DNA from: Ruditapes philippinarum
Lineage: Eukaryota
DNA length: 64,000 bases
Assembly: GCF_026571515.1 (NCBI RefSeq)
Contig: NW_026860435.1
Span: 1-64,000, forward strand
Direction of reading: 5' to 3'
Shown: positions 53,138-64,000 of the stretch, piece by piece
Position numbering within the stretch: position 1 is the first letter of the stretch
Layout of the letters: each line of letters opens with the position of its first letter
Notes under the pieces: generated by a model
Told to the model about the DNA's origin: nothing
Seen by the model: only the letters and a program-made list of their open reading frames with translations
The model's database searches: none
Translations under genes and position numbers: made by a program

Positions 53138-54959
53138 CTTTGAAAACTTGTTGACAATGGCAAATATTGAGAAAAAAAACTGACCTAACTAGATGGATAG
53201 TTGCTTAATGTTTTCTGTTTATGCGTTTCTTGTATTACACAAAAGACGTTTTTCCCATTTTGCGAGGTGCTCGTGTATAAATGAAATAAATTGTTCTTTG
53301 AGTGTTTGGTTTTACATAAGGTAATAGCAACAATAAAGTCTATAATTTATTTGCATTATTTGTTTTACAGTACAAATTTCAGGGAACAACTGATCCATTC
53401 AAAACTTTAAATATTTAGACTTGAATACTGGCTGATTTGTGGCGCTAAAAAGTGAAACATCAAAAAGGTGAAAACAAGACAAGGTAACAATGTCGTGGTT
53501 TTGCCTTGAAAAAAACATCATGCAATAAATCTGCCATATGGTGGTTGATTTGTGCCATTTCGTATAAGCGTGATTTCAGGGCAAAAAAGCAAAACATTTT
53601 CCTGTATAAATTTATATATTATCTTCTGTATTTTAACTCAAATAAACTTAGATGTCCACAAAATTATGCTTAATACCTTTATTCTTATAGCACATGCCTT
53701 CAGTTTTAAGACGTTTTCTCTTTGATTGCCGTGGCAACCATGAAATTGAGTTCTTAAACCCATTACTGTGAAGTTTTGTTGTAATATGCACAGTGATTCA
53801 AGTGATGTTTAATTGAATTTTGGACAGAAGGCTGACGACATTCACAGATCCTTAAAGCCCACAATGACGTTTGTGAGCAACCATAAGACATAATCTGGGG
53901 ACATAAATGCATACAACAAACATTCTGAACAAATTTATAAGTTTTAATACAGATATTTTCTGTTAAAACAGCAAAATAATAAAAAATCAAGTGATAATAA
54001 AACAAGAAACAGTTGACTAGACAAAAACAATATATTGAACATTTCCTGTTCCAATAAATTATTAAACTCTGCAGATATAAAGAAAATTAATAATCACCAT
54101 TTTAAGTTTTAATTCAGGCTAACAATGACTATCATTAATTGGTTGTAAATCTTTACAAGATCAACATCATTATTAAGTTTGAAGACAAAATAAAAATAGT
54201 TAACTAATAATCAAGAAAAAAAGGTTTTCATTACACTGACCATTGACCTACTGACTCAAAACACAATAGCGGTAATGTTCTTCAACAAACATATGCATAT
54301 GTATCATGATTAAAACAATATACCAAAGTGAGCGAAAAAAGTTAAGTGAGCGAAAAAAGTTTTTATATCAGAAAAACCCCCTCACCTGTGACCTCATTAA
54401 CACAATATGGATCATGTTCTCGACAACCCTTATTAGCCTATGAAGATTCTAAGTCCTATCTACATGTATTAAGATTCAATTGTAAAAAAGAAATGTGACA
54501 GACCAATGTGTAACATGTACAAGTATAACTGAAAAAAAATGAAGAAAAAAACAGCATTAAGCTGTACATGCTCATGTGAGCTAAAATGCAACAGTGTATG
54601 TTCAAAGGATATCAAGTTGCTTAACTTCAATGTAAAACAAAGTATTTATTTAATTTGAACGTTGCTCATGAAAATTTAACAGTCACAATCAAGCCTTATA
54701 AACACGTATCCATTTCTTAATACAACTCCTGCATATTGGGCAAATTTCCAATTCTTCTGTGCATCTTACACAACAAACATTTTGCCCACAATCCATTAAT
54801 ACAGTACAGGCTAGATCTTCCCGGCAAACTTTGCACATATCTAAAAAGGAGACATAAAGAAATCATAATCATGATACTCAAATGTAATCAAAGCAGATGA
54901 AACATTAACATATCAAGTCTTTAAACAGTAACAGATACAAGTCTTCATTAATTACACAT

Positions 54960-57012
54960 TTATTACTTTTTTCCATAATGGATAAGAACTGTTTAAACAG
55001 ATCAATTTTTTCTTCATGTCGTTTTTGTGTTTTTTGCTCGTGATCTTCGCGCCTCTTTTCATTTTCTTTTGATTGACTTTCTATAAAACATAAAACGTCT
55101 GACACTTAAGATTTTCTTGCTCTTTTAATACCTTTCTCATCTGGAGTTGCATTTTACCTTTTCAAATTTTCAGCTTTTTGTTCCAGTTCTTCTTGTTCAT
55201 CTTCATCTGTAGTAGAAGAAGCAGTAGCTGTGCTTTCCACACATTTTGGGTTTATACTTAGTTTGTCTTTGTACAATTCATCCAGTTCTTTTTCAAATAT
55301 GTAAGATTTACGTTCATTGCCACTTTTTGCGTTTGCGTCCTTAACATTTTTGTATACTCTATATATAGTCTTCATACGTGATGCACATTGGTCTTGTGAA
55401 AATACATAGCCTTTCATTCGGAGTTCAGCTGCTATTTGTTCAAATGCCCTCTTCTTACTAAGACGCCCTTGGTCAATTTTTGTTTGACGAATCTTATACT
55501 CATCTATCAGTAAGAGAGTTGCCTCCTTTGTCCAGGAAATAAGCTCTTGATCTTCTTTTTGTGCCACTATAATCGCCTCATCAGAAGAACCTGCAGTGAG
55601 TGTGACCCCTGACGTGTTTTCAACTTCAATGTTATCATTGGCATCTAAAAAAAAAAGAAGGAAAGCTTTTGTTTCATATACATTGAACTGCAGATGAAAA
55701 ACGCTATAAAAAAGATAGTTTCGTTCTCAATATTTTATTAACAAGAGCATCGTCTTGTTTACTGCTGTTAATACAGATGAACTTGTGTTCATAACACATC
55801 CTAAATAAAAATAATTGAGAGTGCAATGTCTATACAATTGACAAAACATGATTAACAAGATCGACAAGGAAAGGCGGCATTCAATGAACGCAGTCCCCAC
55901 CCGACCCAGCAACATGCCAGCGGCAAGGAGCCCAGGAGGACCCCAAAGAAAAACAGGACAGGGCACAAGGCAGAGTACGGGCAGGCAAACCACTACATCA
56001 GATTAGTAACTAATAAGGAACTAAAACAAAACAAATAAATGATTTAATATAAGACCCATAATGTCAAAAGGCACAGGGGAAGGGGACATGAGACACGGGG
56101 AAGGGTGGGGGGGGAATAAAATAAATAAAAAGTAGGGACAAAGGGAAGATACTTACCGTAGACGAGAAACAACAAGAGACACGAGCAAAAGTGTCACCAA
56201 AACAGTATAAAACAACATAGACATACATCTGAGGAACACAGAGGGGCGCCGCCTTGGAACGGTCAGCAGCATAATAATGACTACTGGGGAGTTTAAACCG
56301 GTTGGAGTGAAACATCTAGGTGTGAACTGTTTTGGGAGTAAAACATCTCAATAGTGAAATGGAATACCAGCTTATTCGGACCGTGGCTTATTCAGGCCGG
56401 TTGATTCGGGCCTAATTTTTCTGGTTTATTTGGTCCTTAAGTTATTTTCAATAAGTTGGACCTGTTTTTGCGGGATGATTCGGCCTTTTGTTATTTACAA
56501 TAAATGGGACCTAATTTTGTATTTTTAGGCCCTTTTGTCATTATCAACATATTGTAAGTATTGTATATTGTTATACTGTAAATAAATATGTCTACTGTAT
56601 GTTAACTTATGTTAACTTTTATTTTAAGTGAAATAAAGTCATAAATGATAAGGAATACTATAACATGTTTAAATCAAATTTGAAATAAAAAAGAAACATA
56701 TTACGGGTAGATTGAATATTTCATACAGATTGATTTTGCCAAACTTATTCATCATCCCTTAATATATTAAAATTGATGCATATTTATAATGACCATGCCC
56801 ATTGTGTTAATTTTGTCTTTGGATTGAAACGTATGGCATCCATGTACAATGACACGTCTGTTTCGCTTAAAAATCTTTATTTTTTGTTAATCATTAATTT
56901 ATAGCACAAAAGAATTACCCCTCATGGCACAAGGATGTCTAACAAACACCTCCATGCTAAAGAACCATTTCTTACACTCGTCGCATTCAAACATTGTCCT
57001 TCTCTCGGCCAT
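54960..57012 (-). pseudogene. Harbinger accessory DNA-binding protein pseudogene: C2HC zinc finger + Myb/SANT-like (trihelix) domain + coiled coil; exons 57012-56919 and 55644-~54960
   Basis: Exon 1 MAERRTMFECDECKKWFFSMEVFVRHPCAMR ends in phase 1 (G|GTAATT) and joins a phase-1 acceptor at 55645. Then WTKEATLLLIDEYK...FEQIAAELRMKGYVFSQDQCASRMKTIYRVYK...SGNERK...FEKELDELY; two in-frame TAA (55154-55156, 55106-55108); C-terminal RHEEKIDLFKQFL. Confidence 0.85.
55870..56303 (-). mobile_element. Retroelement-like insert in the accessory-gene intron (possibly Penelope-like or SINE)
   Basis: GC-richer block beginning, on -, AACCGGTTTAAACTCCCCAGTAG...CTGACCGTTCCAAGGCGGCGCCCCTCTG, a motif I recall from mollusc repeats; class uncertain. 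Confidence 0.4.
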
Positions 57013-57457
57013 TTTGAATCACGTGTTCACTCCAGATGCACAACCTCTTTTGGTGGTGTATGAAGAGTTACTCCGCGCACCTGCTGAGTGCTAACTCTGG
57101 TGCACTTGATTGAAAAATTCAGACATCGGAGTACACGACTCACGAATCAAGTCCGACCGAGTTGAATCCAATAAACGGAAGCAGTGCATAAAATACCGAA
57201 CTGCATTTTAAAACGAAAATGTAAAATATTGTGTTGAGTGAATTTGTGCAGATCTAAGGATATTGACAGTAGCCGCCAATGGCTTTAAATTATAGTGTTA
57301 TGTACTATTATATCTGTCAAAGAGCTTTCTTTAAGGCTTTGCCTTATTCATATTAATTCCAGTCCAGGAAAAGGATAGCGAAACAGTAACGTACCGGAAG
57401 TTGTTATTGCCGCGACGTCTCAATCGGAACGTCCTCGTCTATCACCAATAATAACCT

Positions 57458-57809
57458 CGGAGTTAATACGATGACGAAAACGCGATGGTACAATGGCGAA
57501 AGCGCAATGGCGCGATGACACGATGATGAAAACATTATCGTGAAAGCGCGATTGTACGATGGTAAAAGCTCGATGGTACGCTGGTGAAAACGCGATGGTA
57601 CGATGGTCGAAACGCGATATAACATCTCGTTTTCACCATCATACCATCGCAACATCGCGATTTCACTATCTTACCATCGTGTTTTCACCATCGTACCATC
57701 GTGTTTTCATCATCGTGTCATCGTATCATTGCGTTTTTACCATCGTACCATCGTGCATCGCAGGTAAGGACGAAAGAAAAAATCACGATTGTCCAAACGG
57801 AACACCGTA
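57458..57809. mobile_element. Small foldback/MITE with CGATGGTA / TACCATCG arms
   Basis: The left half is CGATGGTACGATGG.GAAAACG repeats and the right half their reverse complements, switching near 57620. Confidence 0.7.
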
Positions 57810-58054
57810 AAATACAGTATCCGACTATTGTGTGCGAGTTCCTTATCCGAAGACTGACGGTAAGGGCCGAAAAGTTGCAATTAGGTTATTGGCAAGAAAT
57901 TCCAAATGTCAATTTGAATGGGAACCATATAGAGAAAGGAAACCAGTAAAAAACTGTTTCCCGGCTTTGTTTGGTAAACTATAGTGCAAGTGAAATAAAC
58001 TTGTCAACAACTTTCAGCATTAAATTAACATTTGTTTACATGTTATTTTCTTAA

Positions 58055-58055
<1 letters not shown>

Positions 58056-58090
<35 letters not shown>

Positions 58091-59445
58091 TTTATTTACC
58101 TAAGGTCACACATTAAGACATACACAGATTGTAACACCTTATTTACAAAGCGACCTTGGAAAATAAGAAATAAAAACACACACACAAATTGAAAAGAACA
58201 CATATCAATCGAAGAAAATATAAGATGTTAAAGAAATGATCAAAATTTTAATGGTTATCACAATTTTAACATATATCTTAACACATATACTGAACATTCA
58301 TACAATTCATTTTATCTATCATAAAACATAATACTTTCCTCAGTGCATCATTTTAATCTGTAATTTAAAAAGTAAAAAAAATACAAAATTAACACATTAA
58401 AAAACTAAAAACTAAGACATACACCCATTATTAGAAAAACATAGTGAGCGTATCTCGTGTATATGTAATACACACGGACCGTGCTAAAGTTGATTAGATA
58501 AGTAATTATTTAAAGCTGCACGCCTCCAGATGAGCCAAAATATTTCGAGAAAATGAAAATTGAGAAAAATGTACTAATATTTCAAGAAAGGTAAAACAAT
58601 CAAGATCAATGTTAAAGTTTACATGTTATTTGCGATTTAAGACTGATTTTGCAGTATTTTATCCCCATATTTCTACTGCGTTACTAACGCAGTAAGGGCT
58701 TTTTTTTGCATATTTTGACCTCTCTTTGGTTATTTGCATGGATTGTAAGTGCCAACTGCAATATATAAATAACTTTATTTTGTTTACCTCACAATATTTG
58801 ACTGTCAAATATCACAATTTTCATGAAATTTAACATGAATCTGGAGGCGTGCTGCTTTAAACTATTTTAAAATATTGACATTTTTTTCTTATAGTCAGCA
58901 GTATGGAATTCAAAAAAAAATGGCATTAAATTGGAATGTGTCATTAAAATAATTAGTACGTGGTTTGTAATACGGAATTAAATTTCCGTGAGATATCGAT
59001 CTTAGATAATACTTTTGATTATTTGATATTTTAAGTAAGTCTCCGATATATTGAGTGGACATATTATTCAGTGCTTTATAAACACCGATTTGAAAATACA
59101 TCTTTTCTCGAAAGGCAATATCTTTAATCTTTTGTATAAATTTTCTGATAGTTTTTCCCATTAGAAGGTCTGAAATAATTTTGCAAATTCAAATTTAATG
59201 ATTTTGCAATCTACTACCTACTAGCATACTTCTAGATTTTTTAGGATGCAAAGGTATATTATTTATTTTACACCACTAAATAATCATATTATGGCTATAT
59301 TGTAGTTTTTCCTCTATAACTGACATGGCATCTCCAGTTTATGGAACGTGGATTCATCAGCATATAAATCTATGTTAACATCCTCGCAAATATTTGGGAG
59401 ACCATTTATATAAAGGACCTAACATTGAGCCTAATATTGAGCCTC
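58056..59445 (-). mobile_element. Internally deleted CR1/L2-type LINE remnant
   Basis: Minus strand reads GSILG...YINGLPNICEDVNIDLYADESTFH (RT YADD-like motif) near 59340-59445, a C-terminal tract VYKALNNMSTQYIGDLL...YYLRS...KPRTNYF in ORF 58910-59161, and an (ATT)n tail at 58056-58089. Confidence 0.7.
58514..58856. mobile_element. 343-bp MITE with TTAA TSD (Kolobok-like)
   Basis: 18-bp TIR AGCTGCACGCCTCCAGAT / ATCTGGAGGCGTGCTGCT (one mismatch), TTAA at 58510-58513 and 58857-58860. Confidence 0.85.
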
Positions 59446-60320
59446 TTAGCATACCGACATACTACATCCGTTCTGTTTATTCATACTATTGTGTTCGAAG
59501 TCCGTATCCGAAGACTTACAGAAAACGATGAAAAGTTGCGATTTCCAAATAAAAATGGATCGCCTCCGATGAGGAGCAGGCAAACTTATAACCAATAAAT
59601 TTGCTGTACTTCCGAGGAAAGTTTTCAAAACCATCACTTCTGGATATACTCGCGTTACCGTAATGCTCTCTTTGCGAGCAGGCCCTCCCTTCGGGACCTG
59701 CTATCGAGCTCGCTATTATAAAGATTAAGCGAAACGTTCCGCCAATCTTCGGATGACTTATTGATAATTAGGATGAGATGTTCTTTATGCCTGTCACCTA
59801 TGCTGTACTTTTAGAAACACGATCAATTTACAGCATGACTAAGAATGAACGACACTGCGGGTGTCAAATTTGTGTATGTGTAAAAACTAAAAAGTGAATA
59901 CACAATATATGTGCAATCAGGAAGCAGTTATATCAAAGTGCTAAATAGACATAGAGGATACTGAATTAGTGTAGGTTCAATACTGAATTTATTATTGAAC
60001 TCGTTGAAAAAAAAATATTATGCTCGCCAAAGGCTCACATAATGCAATTTTATTCAACTCGTTCAATAAATTAAGTACTGAGCCAGAGCCTACACAAATA
60101 TAATATTCTGCATCAAAACGACAAATTCGGTAAACACCGCTGAGACAGATATTATTTCAAATAAGGGAGATCATTGTGGTTTGTTTGCTTTTGTTTTGTT
60201 GTTTTTTTTATGTTTTTTTTTCAAGTTGAAATAAGATCTACATGTACTTCCGCTGTCTATTGTCGGTATAACGTTAGGAGTTTAATGCTGACGAAATAGG
60301 AAACAACTTAAAAACTATAT

Positions 60321-61364
60321 AAGAGCTTCATCAGTACTAATTAATATAGTACTTAAGTACCAGTACTTGACAAGTTATGCAGTACCAGTACTTTTTTTAG
60401 GAAGTAATTAAGTATCAGTACCAGTACTTTTATATATTCATCATGTTTTGAATAGAATCACACTGTCAAACAAAAATAACATATTTTGTATATTTACACA
60501 TTTTACAATGATACGTTTTTTTAAACAATTATTTCCATTCCACATACACTTTAAAAAAAAATCAACATAAAAAATGGAAATATTATTGTTTTAAAGTTAA
60601 CATTACATTTTTACGACTTTAATGTAAAATGCTTCCGAGGGATCACTTTGTTTCCAGATTTTTTTATACTTCACAACAGCAGGTGTCAAGTGATGTGTGG
60701 CAGCTGTAAAAAGTTGCCCCGTACTTCACTTCAGTGTTGTAATATTTTTCTGGTCCTTCGGATCATTGATGCCAACACTATTAAGTGTTGAGAATTGAGT
60801 ACCGCTCAAGCCGGTGCTAGGGTGCGTGAGGGATGTTGCACGTTTAAAGTATCACTCATGTACAGACTCAATCAAACCGAGTCTGCAATTCTCTTGTAAT
60901 TTTGTTGTGATTAATGCTTCCGAGGGATCACTTTGTTTCCAGAATTTTAATGGTTATCATACTTTATACAAAACAATATTTACAACATAAATTCATATCA
61001 TACTATTTAGTAACCAGTCAACTGTAATACAATACAATATTCTTTCTTTCAAAACACAACAGACTTTTGTTGCCTTTCACACCTCTTTTCAATTTATACC
61101 AATGTAACAACTTTTTATGGTGCTGACAATATCACTTGAAGTAGGATTTATTTTGAATAGAAACAATTAATTAGGCCCCTAATTAGTGTTTATATATTGC
61201 GCTTTTTTACTCGTAAACACAAAGAGAAAAAATGACATTTTTATCAAATAGTAATGCAGTAACATGACCACTTTTTATGACAGTAATGCAGTACCAGTAG
61301 TAGCGTTATTCAGTATCAGTACCAGTACTTTCAAAATCATTGCAGTACCAGTAATGCAGCTCTG
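60321..61364. mobile_element. Non-autonomous hAT-type element (second copy 62534-63613)
   Basis: Right end GTAATGCAGCTCTG mirrors the decayed left end AAGAGCTTCAT/AAAAGCTGCAT; dense subterminal CAGTAC repeats; 8-bp TSD AACTCTAT/AACTCTGT, clearest in copy 2. Confidence 0.7.
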
Positions 61365-61409
61365 AACTCTGTCATAATTTTAACCGGTGCATGGCTTCCA
61401 TCATTTTAC

Positions 61410-61670
61410 CATAGGCACTTGGTTTCGGGATAAAAAGCCTTTTGAAGGGTTTGTATGACTCAAATTTGATTGAATGTAACGATTTTTTAACGTAGATGTC
61501 TCGATTCTAAATTCGACATTTTCCCGATATTACTAAAAAAACACTAGTAATATCGGGAAAATGTCGAATTTAGAATCGAGACATCTACGTTAAAAAATCG
61601 TTACATTCAATCAAATTTGAGTCATACAAACCCTTCAAAAGGCTTTTTATCCCGAAACCAAGTGCCTATG
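61410..61670. mobile_element. 261-bp perfect hairpin MITE with 8-bp TSD (P-element- or hAT-like); second copy 63659-63883
   Basis: 126-bp arms (61410-61535, 61545-61670) around a 9-nt loop; termini CATAGG...CCTATG; TSD CATTTTAC at 61402-61409 and 61671-61678. Confidence 0.92.
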
Positions 61671-64000
61671 CATTTTACATGATTAAAATGTCTGAGCTGG
61701 ACTCAAAAAATTATTTGGCCAATCAAATTTAATCTTATATTATATAACGCCACTTTTTAAAAACAGCAAAAAATGCTTAAAGCGCAAAGATATGAGCTTG
61801 TAAAAAAAGTTAGTTTTTATGACAAATGTAGTTTTTATGACAATCATATTTACGCTGACGTTTAATTTACTTAATTTGAACTGTCTTCTCTACGGTAACT
61901 TTTGGTGAATTAACGTCTGATTGTGTGCACTTTTGTCTTTTAAAATTTTCGGGTCATTTTATCTTTTCCGGTATGTTTTTTGTGAAGAAGGTCAGACTCA
62001 CGTATTGATTTTCCCACAGACTTACATTATGAGAAATGGTCCCTAATTCTACCTTAAAATTGAGTGAAATGGTTGACACATAAAAATGATCTTGTAATAT
62101 AGGGGTACCCAACCAATTTTCTTTGCAAAATGACTTCAAAGAGGATTTCATTTCAAACATTTTACAGTGCTTCCATGCAATAGACATAGAGGATACTGAA
62201 TGAGTGTAGGTTCAATACTGATTTTTTCATTGAACTCGTTGAAAAAAAAATGATATTATGCTCGCCAGAGTCTCGCATAATGCAATTTTATTCAACTCGT
62301 TCAATAAATTTAGTAATGAGCCAGAGCCTACATGAATATAATATTCCGCATCAAAACGACAAAACTGGTAAACACCGATATTAATTTAAATAAGGGAGAT
62401 CATTGTGTTTTTTTTGTGGTTGTTGTTTTTTTTTTAATCCGAAATAAGATCTACATGTACTTTCGCTGTCTAGTGTCGGTATATCGTTAGGAGTTTAATG
62501 CTGACGCAATAGAAAACAACTTAAAAACTCTATAAAAGCTGCATCAGTACTAATTAGGGTGTATAGTACTTAAGTACCAGTACTTAACAAGTTATGCAGT
62601 ACCAGTACTAGATTTTAGCACCAGTACTTTTTTTAAGGAAGTAATTTAAGTATCAGTACCAGTACTTTTATACATTAATCATAGTTTGAATAAATACACA
62701 CTGTCAAACAAAAATAACATAATACATGTATGTATATTTACATATTTAAATGATACATTTTTAAACAAGTATTTCCATTCCACATACACTAAAATAAAAA
62801 AAAAATAATTCAACATAAAAAATGGAATTATTATTGTTTTAAAGTTAACATTACATTTTTACGACTTTAATGTAAAATGCTTCCGAGGGATCACTTTGTT
62901 TCCAGATTTTTTTATACTTCACAACAGCAGGTGTCAAGTGATGTGTGGCAGCTGTAAAAAGTTGCCCCGTACTTCACTTCAGTGTTGTAATATTTTTCTG
63001 GTCCTTCGGGATCATTGATGCCAACACTATTAAGTGTTGAGAATTGAGTACCGCTCAAGCCGGTGCTAGGGTGCGTGAGGGATGTTGCACGTTTAAAGTA
63101 TCACTCATGTACAGACTCAATCAAACCGAGTCTGCAATTCTCTTGTAATTTTGTTGTGATTAATGCTTCCGAGGGATCACTTTGTTTCCAGAATTTTAAT
63201 GGTTATCATACTTTATACAAAACAATATTTACAACATAAATTCATATCATACTATTTAGTAACCAGTCAACTGTAATACAATACAATATTCTTTCTTTCA
63301 AAACACAACAGACTTTTGTTGCCTTTCACACCTCTTTTCAATTTATACCAATGTAACAACTTTTTATGGTGCTGACAATATCACTTGAAGTAGGATTTAT
63401 TTTGAATAGAAACAATTAATTAGGCCCCTAATTAGTGTTTATATATTGCGCTTTTTTACTCGTAAACACAAAGAGAAAAAATGACATTTTTATCAAATAG
63501 TAATGCAGTAACATGACCACTTTTTATGACAGTAATGCAGTACCAGTAGTAGCGTTATTCAGTATCAGTACCAGTACTTTCAAAATCATTGCAGTACCAG
63601 TAATGCAGCTCTGAACTCTGTCATAATTTTAACCGGTGCATGGCTTCCATCATTTTACCATAGGCACTTGGTTTCGGGATAAAAAGCCTTTTGAAGGGTT
63701 TGTATGACTCAAATTTGATTGAATGTAACGATTTTTTAACGTTGATGTCTTCATTCTAAAACCGTCATTTTTCCGATGTTATTAAAAAATCGTGACATCT
63801 ACGTTAAAAATCGTTACATTCAATCAAATTTGAGTCATACAAACCCTTCAAAAGGCTTTTTATCCCGAAACCAAGTGCCTATGCATTTTACATGATTAAA
63901 ATGTCTGAGCTGGACTCAAAAAATTATTTGGCCAATCAAATTTAATCTTATATAACGCCACTTTTTAAAAACAGCAAAAAATGCTTAAAGCGCAAAGATA

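Larger units (their letters stand above)
50214..59714. mobile_element. Decayed two-gene PIF/Harbinger-superfamily transposon, about 9.5 kb including nested inserts
   Basis: Left end AGCGAGCTCGAAGAGCAGG...CCTGCTCGCGAAGCGAGCTTTATGGTAA...AGTGATGGCTTTAAAAACTTTCGCCGAAAGTACTGCAAAATTAT mirrors the right end (reverse complement AGCGAGCTCGATAGCAGG...CCTGCTCGCAAAGAGAGCATTACGGTAA...AGTGATGGTTTTGAAAACTTTCCTCGGAAGTACAGCAAATTTAT). The ends enclose a DDE transposase and a convergent Myb/SANT gene. Confidence 0.8.
59944..64000. repeat. ~2.2-kb tandem duplication (copy 1 from 59944, copy 2 from 62179 to the window end)
   Basis: Both copies start AATAGACATAGAGGATACTGAAT and stay collinear to ATGCTTAAAGCGCAAAGATA (about 61792 and 64000). 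Confidence 0.95.

Overview
AT-rich, intron-rich eukaryotic DNA; the repeat types suggest a bivalve mollusc (inference). There are two N gaps (2309-2459, 13143-13311). By chaining GT-AG exons in phase I built three host genes that the ORF track only shows as fragments. (1) A 5'-incomplete DUF1647-family glycosyltransferase-like gene on + (339-7764). (2) A secreted AA15-type lytic polysaccharide monooxygenase on - (16151-8822); its catalytic domain is intact, but as assembled a +1 frameshift puts TAG at the end of exon 4 and uncouples a Thr-rich linker and an 8-Cys C-terminal module. (3) A complete 14-exon, 586-aa secreted M12B (ADAM/ADAMTS-like) zinc metalloprotease on - (47806-24650, HEMGHSLGAPHD) with no TSP1 repeats or transmembrane segment. 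The right end holds a decayed ~9.5-kb two-gene PIF/Harbinger-type transposon (DDE transposase pseudogene facing a zinc-finger/Myb-SANT pseudogene, long imperfect TIRs) and a ~2.2-kb tandem duplication carrying a hAT-type element and a hairpin MITE. Introns contain nested Helentron-type elements, a 1.33-kb foldback with a 9-bp TSD, a Tc1/mariner-type element, LINE remnants and minisatellites. I see no CRISPR array, rRNA, convincing tRNA or prokaryotic system. All family calls are from motif recognition, not database searches.
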